Below, piece by piece: positions 58,801-64,000 of a DNA stretch of 64,000 nucleotides (positions are counted from its first letter, which is position 1; the number at the start of each line of letters is the position of its first letter). A model generated the notes under the pieces. The model was not told where the DNA came from, ran no database searches, and worked only from the letters and a program-made list of their open reading frames with translations. This DNA is from Spirochaetia bacterium (GTDB lineage Bacteria; Spirochaetota; Spirochaetia; DSM-27196; Salinispiraceae). A program made the position numbers and the translations under genes. Where the stretch lies: positions 352,001 to 416,000 of the forward strand of contig JBBRCZ010000001.1 of NCBI GenBank assembly GCA_038204425.1, written 5' to 3'.

Positions 58801-60567
58801 ATGAGCCAACACGAAGACGCAAACAGCCCCAAGACAAGTGAAGATTCGCTTAAGACAGCAACTGATTTTATTCGCAGCAAAGTCAAGGAAGATCTTGGGT
58901 CAGGCCGATTTACCACTATCAAAACACGCTTTCCACCAGAACCAAACGGTTACTTGCATATTGGACATGCCAAAGCAATCTGTACCGACTTTGGCGTAGC
59001 TCGTGATTTTGACGGGCTTTGCAATTTGCGCTTTGACGATACTAACCCCAGCAAAGAAGAACAAGAATATGTCGATAACATTATGTTTGATGTGCGTTGG
59101 TTGGGTTTTGACTGGCAAGATCGCTTGTACTACGCCAGCGACTACTTTGCTCAACTTTATGAATGGGCAGTGCTCATCATTAAAAAAGGCCTAGCTTATG
59201 TTGAAGACCTGAGCTCAGATGAGATCAGCAAGGGACGAGGTACGCCGACCGAAGCAGGTATAGAAAGCGCCTGCCGTTGGCGCAGCATCGAAGAAAACCT
59301 TAGCCTGTTTGAAGGCATGAAAAATGGCGAGTTTGGCGAAGGAAAACACGTACTGCGTGCCAAAATAGACATGGGTCACAGTAATCTAACTATGCGTGAT
59401 CCGGTAATGTACCGCATTAAGTTTGATGAGCATCATCGCACCGGAAAAACCTGGTGTATCTACCCAATGTATGACTGGGCACACGGACAATCGGACGCTA
59501 TCGAAGGTGTAAGCCATTCTCTTTGCACGCTTGAGTTTGAGAACCATCGACCACTGTATGAGTGGTACTTGGAAGCGATTGGGCTCGAGCATCGTCCACG
59601 ACAGATAGAATTTAGTCGCTTAAACCTTAGCTATACCATGATGTCCAAGCGAAAGCTCTTGGAACTTGTAGAACTTGGCTTGGTTGCTGGATGGGACGAC
59701 CCACGTATGCCGACCCTGTCGGGACTGCGCCGACGCGGTTATAGCCCCGAGGCCATCCGAGAGTTTGTGACAGCCGCTGGACTCAGCCGTAGCGAAGGTA
59801 TGATAGAGCTTGCCATGTTAGAATATTTTGTCCGCCAAGACCTCAACAAACGAGCCATGCGGGTGATGGTGGTAAGCGACCCAATTAAGCTTATAATCAC
59901 CAACTATCCGGCAGATCAAAGTGAGTGGATGCAGACTGAAAATCTTCCCGAAGACAAAAACGCCGGCACGCGACCAGTGCGTTTTAGCCGCGAGCTGTGG
60001 ATAGAACGTGAAGACTTTAAAGAAGTGGCAGAAAAGAAATGGTTTAGACTTGCCCCAGGGGCTGTCGTGCGATTAAAAAGTGCCTACTATGTCACTTGTA
60101 CAAACTTTAAAAAAGACGCAGGCGGCGCAGTTGTGGAAGTTCACGCAAGTTACGAGCCAGAATCTTTGGGAGGCGGAACTGGGGACGGACGTAAGGTTAA
60201 GGGCACTATTCACTGGGTTTCTTGTGCGTCTGCCCTGGATGTCGAGTTGCGCCAGTACACGACACTGTTTACATTGGAAGACCTCAATCAGATTCCAGAA
60301 GGCAAAGATTACAAAGACTTTATAAACACCGAGAGTCTGTCAGTCTTGCATGGTAAAGCCGAGCTTTGGCTGGGACAAGCTCGCGTAGGAGACTACTACC
60401 AGTTTATGCGTCAGGGCTACTATGTGCCTGACTCAAAAGACTATGTCAGTTATACCGAGGCTGGACTTGGACTTGCCGAAGCGCAAGGCAAAAAAAACCA
60501 AGCAGCACTGGTATTTAACCGCACCGTTAGCCTAAAAGACACCTGGAGCAAGCTGGCTGCCAAGTAG
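58801..60567 (+). CDS. glnS: Glutamine--tRNA ligase
   Basis: TRFPPEPNGYLHIGHAK, RFDDTNP, YPMYD, MSKRKL, WDDPRMPT. Confidence 0.97.
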   Translation: MSQHEDANSPKTSEDSLKTATDFIRSKVKEDLGSGRFTTIKTRFPPEPNGYLHIGHAKAICTDFGVARDFDGLCNLRFDDTNPSKEEQEYVDNIMFDVRWLGFDWQDRLYYASDYFAQLYEWAVLIIKKGLAYVEDLSSDEISKGRGTPTEAGIESACRWRSIEENLSLFEGMKNGEFGEGKHVLRAKIDMGHSNLTMRDPVMYRIKFDEHHRTGKTWCIYPMYDWAHGQSDAIEGVSHSLCTLEFENHRPLYEWYLEAIGLEHRPRQIEFSRLNLSYTMMSKRKLLELVELGLVAGWDDPRMPTLSGLRRRGYSPEAIREFVTAAGLSRSEGMIELAMLEYFVRQDLNKRAMRVMVVSDPIKLIITNYPADQSEWMQTENLPEDKNAGTRPVRFSRELWIEREDFKEVAEKKWFRLAPGAVVRLKSAYYVTCTNFKKDAGGAVVEVHASYEPESLGGGTGDGRKVKGTIHWVSCASALDVELRQYTTLFTLEDLNQIPEGKDYKDFINTESLSVLHGKAELWLGQARVGDYYQFMRQGYYVPDSKDYVSYTEAGLGLAEAQGKKNQAALVFNRTVSLKDTWSKLAAK

Positions 60568-60586
60568 CATATCAGCCACTATAAGC

Positions 60587-60615
60587 TTGACAATTGCCCT
60601 ACTACAACATAGGCT
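60587..60615 (+). promoter_or_regulatory. sigma70-like promoter, leaderless-type spacing
   Basis: TTGACA (60587-60592), 17-nt spacer, TAGGCT, 6 nt, ATG at 60622; no SD. Confidence 0.6.
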
Positions 60616-60621
60616 TAGAAG

Positions 60622-61398
60622 ATGGTTCGTCTTAAATGTCTTACGCTCAACATGCAAAACGGCCAGGTATGGGATGCAAAGAATCCGGATGAAGCCCCGA
60701 TAGAAATTGAACGGACAGCGCAATTCTTGCGTGAACAAAATGCCGACCTGGTTTTTTTGCAAGAGCTTGAGTTTCCTGAGTCAGATTTTCCTGATAAATC
60801 GCTACACCCCAACTATGATTATTTGCGTAAAGCACTGGAAGGCTACCATACCTGTTTTGCCTATCCTGCCGCCACGCGAGCTCACCTACCCTTTGGCATT
60901 GGCTTGACCATATTTAGCCGCCACCAACTGCGTGATCCCTTCCATGTTGTGCTACCAGCCGCTCTTATTAGCTTTGACTACCGAGGCAGAGACTATGAGC
61001 CAGCCGAACGATCGTTGATTGGAGCCTGGATTGATGTGGATGGCCGGTCAATTAGATTGCTCAATACCCACCTGCAAGCCTATTTTATGATTAACGCCAG
61101 CTCAGATGTCTATCCTGAGCAGCGTCAAGTCTTAGCTAGCGTCTTGACGGGTTCTGACGAGCCAACAATATTGGGTGGCGACTTTAATTGCGCCTCAAGC
61201 GAAAACACTGTCTCGTTTATAGAAAACTACGGCTACAAAACGGTGCAGAATAAAACTATTACCTGGCACCGCATGCCTTTTGTTTTGGATCATATCTTCT
61301 TTAGTAAACATTTTATACTTACCAAAGGCGAGGTAGTTAATACTTTTGTGTCTGACCACAACGCTGTTTCAGCTGTCTTACACCTCGACTTACCTTAG
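60622..61398 (+). CDS. Endonuclease/exonuclease/phosphatase (EEP) family protein
   Basis: LTLNM, ADLVFLQE, NTHL, GGDFN, LDHIF, SDH. Confidence 0.92.
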   Translation: MVRLKCLTLNMQNGQVWDAKNPDEAPIEIERTAQFLREQNADLVFLQELEFPESDFPDKSLHPNYDYLRKALEGYHTCFAYPAATRAHLPFGIGLTIFSRHQLRDPFHVVLPAALISFDYRGRDYEPAERSLIGAWIDVDGRSIRLLNTHLQAYFMINASSDVYPEQRQVLASVLTGSDEPTILGGDFNCASSENTVSFIENYGYKTVQNKTITWHRMPFVLDHIFFSKHFILTKGEVVNTFVSDHNAVSAVLHLDLP

Positions 61399-61494
61399 TA
61401 TTCGGAATCGGTAAACATAGAAGCCGCGGTTATTTGAATTATTTTAGATTGGGCGTCGTTGTTGTGGTGTCACAAATGCTAATACTGAGTGCAA

Positions 61495-61900
61495 ATGTTT
61501 GGCGTTATACCACTCAACCAAGTGATGGCCCAAGTCCAAACCTAGTTGAATCCAGTGGCCAGTGGCCAACCGTTCCGGTGGTCGGTGTCGTTTAAGTGGC
61601 GTCTTGCTTTCGTGGCGTCGATGTAGAGCCTTTCTTGACTCTCAGCGTCACCCTGCAAGTCTCGCAAACCAGATTAATATGTGCTCCAGCGCTTACCGCC
61701 GCATCAATCCAAGTAAGAATTTTAGATCGTAACTCTATCGAGTTTAATCCTTCTCGCCCACTACAAATCGGGAATCCAACTTTTTCTAGGGTAAGCAAGG
61801 CCACCAACTCGGCCAAGGCTGTATCCTTGCGAATTATTTCCTTTTGCAGCCCACGCACCTGCACTATGAAAACCTTGTTTTCAGTTTTGAGGATATCTTA
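61495..61900 (-). mobile_element. Decayed, internally deleted IS3-family transposase remnant
   Basis: orfA tail KTENK...LQKEIIRKDTALAELVALL; orfB start LRSKILTWIDAAVSAGA...CETCRVTLR; degenerate integrase motif N*VWTWAITWL (61547-61515) in another frame; boundaries approximate. Confidence 0.75.
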
Positions 61901-62145
61901 TTTGTCGTTCTGGTGAAAGTGAACAATGTGCGGCCCTTATAGTCCAACCATAACGACGTCATATTAATGCCAAATCAAAACCACGACTAATACCTAATAT
62001 TTCAGTGATGCGCAGAATAAGCGTGTTGAGTAGCATAAAAACCATCAAAAAAGGAACTACCGCCATCGCAAAGGATAGCGACTTTATGCGCAAACGAGCG
62101 AGGATCATGCGAGCTTACCCTTACAAACTATCTATTAGTTTCGTA

Positions 62146-63258
62146 TCAAGCCTTTACAAGTACCGCTCGCCGTGCCATCGTTTGATAGACACTGACTGCT
62201 TGGCTCTTATTTTTTAACTGCAACTCACCCAAAGGTTGGCACTCATATTTTGTCTTGAGCACTTCAAACAATGCCCCGGTGATTAGGACTTGCCCTTGCG
62301 TAGCAACCTGCTCAAGGCGACTGGCGGTGTTAACTGTGTCACCAATTACGGTGTAATCGAGTCGTTTCATACGTCTGCTGCCAAAGTTCCCCTTAATCAT
62401 ATCACCACTGTTGATGCCAATTGAAACGCCAGGATAGATCGCATTATCACCAAAAGGCTTACCTTGGTATTGGGCTATTCTATTGATAATGCCAAATGCT
62501 GCCTCGACACAGCGTTGTTCGTGTTCTGGTCCCTCAAAGACCACTAAAGCTGCGTCCCCTATAAATTTGTCAATGTTTCCCTCTTGTTCCAAAACTTCAA
62601 CGGCAAACTCGTCAAAATAACAGTTGAGCAAGCTGGAAATGTTCTCTGGGGTTTGTGTTTCTGATAAAGTAGTAAAGTTGCAAATATCTACAAACATCAC
62701 CGTTCCATTGATCCGTCGTGATTCCTCAATGGTTTCGTTGCCTGTACTGGCTTTGTTAATCGAAGCGTCGTGATTCTCTTGAGCGCTGCGGTTTTTAAGG
62801 TAATGCACTATCGATGGATTGACATACATCTTTAGTATGCTGTTTTCACGAGCACTGTGTAATGACTGTTTGATTTGCTCAACAAACAACAAAGTTTTTT
62901 CCATTATTGCGCGTAGATCCTCAAAATTTATCGGTTTTACAATAAAGTCAAATGCTCCGCGATTCATTGAAGTTCTAATATTTTCCATATCACCGTAGGC
63001 TGAGACAACAACGGTTCGAGCAACAGGGTTAATATCCTGGATGTGGCTCATAAGAGTTAGGCCATCCATCTTGGGCATATTTATATCGGTCAATACCATG
63101 TCTATGTCGGGGTGTGCCGCCAACAATACAAGGGCTTCCTCCCCATTCTGAGCAAACAAGAACTTGAGCATACCTTCACGAATCTCATGCCTAAAACGTT
63201 GTTTTATTAGGCGCTCAACGTCGGGTTCGTCGTCTACAACTAAACAGTTTCCCATCAT
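62146..63258 (-). CDS. Response-regulator receiver fused to class III adenylate cyclase
   Basis: VVDDE, LTDINMP, SAY, KP; cyclase motifs MFVDICNFT, DKFIGDA, DYTVIGDTVNTASRLE. Confidence 0.93.
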   Translation of the reverse strand: MMGNCLVVDDEPDVERLIKQRFRHEIREGMLKFLFAQNGEEALVLLAAHPDIDMVLTDINMPKMDGLTLMSHIQDINPVARTVVVSAYGDMENIRTSMNRGAFDFIVKPINFEDLRAIMEKTLLFVEQIKQSLHSARENSILKMYVNPSIVHYLKNRSAQENHDASINKASTGNETIEESRRINGTVMFVDICNFTTLSETQTPENISSLLNCYFDEFAVEVLEQEGNIDKFIGDAALVVFEGPEHEQRCVEAAFGIINRIAQYQGKPFGDNAIYPGVSIGINSGDMIKGNFGSRRMKRLDYTVIGDTVNTASRLEQVATQGQVLITGALFEVLKTKYECQPLGELQLKNKSQAVSVYQTMARRAVLVKA

Positions 63259-63267
63259 ATCTCCTAC

Positions 63268-63633
63268 CTAGCTTCCCACTATTAAGCTTTTGATCCGCTC
63301 AAAATCCAAGGGCTTTGGAATAAAGCCACTTGCTCCCAAACTAACTGACTTTTGTTGGTAGTCTTCATTGTCGTAAGCACTTATCATATAAATTGGTTTG
63401 ACTATGCCCTTTGATCGCAAGTGTTTGAGTAGTTCCAAACCGCTCATACCTGGCATATTTATGTCAGAAAGAATCATGACAACGTCAGCATCACCACCGG
63501 TCAAAAAATCAATGGCGTGCTCGGCAGAGGTTCTGAAAACAAACTCAACCAGTCCTTCTTTAATCTCGCGTCTAAAGCGTTGTTCAAAAAGTCTGGACAT
63601 AGCTGTTTCGTCGTCAACCACGAGTATTTTCAT
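63268..63633 (-). CDS. Single-domain response regulator (CheY-like receiver)
   Basis: KILVVDDE, LSDINMPGMSG, ISAY, PKP. Confidence 0.93.
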   Translation of the reverse strand: MKILVVDDETAMSRLFEQRFRREIKEGLVEFVFRTSAEHAIDFLTGGDADVVMILSDINMPGMSGLELLKHLRSKGIVKPIYMISAYDNEDYQQKSVSLGASGFIPKPLDFERIKSLIVGS

Positions 63634-64000
63634 CTAGCTTATCCTTTGCCGTTTGTTTCTTTGGAATACCTATCGTAAACGTGGTGCCACTGCCTTCCAC
63701 GGTTTCTAGATCCAGACTGCCCCCATGTTCTTGCGTGATGATTTCGTGGCTCATCGAAAGTCCAAGGCCCGTTCCTTCTCCTGTGGGTTTGGTAGTAAAA
63801 AAAGGAACAAAAAGTTTTTCTTTGACCTCGGCACTCATGCCAATTCCATTGTCAACTATCTTGATGCTCAACTGATCTTCCAGTTCCAAAATTTGCAGCA
63901 CTACTTTTGGTCGATAGTTAGCAATGTTCTGCTTTCTTTTTGCATTGACCGCATAAAATGCGTTGGTGCAGAGATTTATGATTACGCGGGAAATGTCACC
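63614..64000 (-). CDS. Sensor histidine kinase, C-terminal HATPase_c domain (5'-truncated by window edge)
   Basis: Frame open to 64000; N box SRVIINLCTNAFYAV, DNGIGM, FVPFFTTKPTGEGTGLGL, HGG. Confidence 0.93.
   Translation of the reverse strand, partial: GDISRVIINLCTNAFYAVNAKRKQNIANYRPKVVLQILELEDQLSIKIVDNGIGMSAEVKEKLFVPFFTTKPTGEGTGLGLSMSHEIITQEHGGSLDLETVEGSGTTFTIGIPKKQTAKDKLDENTRG

Noticed and set aside
1..64000. CRISPR arrays, tRNA or rRNA genes, prophage
   Set aside because: Intergenic gaps are short; I saw no spaced repeats, cloverleaf motifs or phage structural genes by eye

Overview
Gene-dense 64 kb chromosomal segment, most likely from a spirochete (class Spirochaetia). This placement is inferred from the class I LysRS, a Treponema-type trans-2-enoyl-CoA reductase, FemX beside metG, a RecJ with an insertion and several spirochete-type hypothetical proteins. 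Most genes are housekeeping: mutL, rpsU, recJ, pdp, recO, lon, rnz, fabV, hisD, folC, rqcH/NFACT, murD, metG, trhO, lysS and glnS. The window also holds TPR proteins, FecR-domain envelope proteins, a GldA/F/G-like ABC operon, a decayed IS3-family remnant and a kinase/response regulator/adenylate cyclase cluster at the right edge. I found no rRNA, tRNA or CRISPR array. The most interesting block is 24600-32058, a putative operon divergent from an ftsB-like gene. It encodes (i) a 704-aa acidic, largely disordered protein with a PopZ/FimV-like layout, (ii) a gene split at an A10 run, whose -1 frame opens exactly at the run (candidate programmed slippage or frameshift), (iii) two tandem Maf/DUF115 proteins and (iv) a membrane protein with a degenerate GGDEF domain. 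A second pattern is that several genes, including all three aminoacyl-tRNA synthetases, have sigma70-like -10 boxes only 6-8 nt before the start codon and no Shine-Dalgarno (SD) sequence, which suggests leaderless mRNAs. All calls come from reading motifs by eye; no database searches were run.
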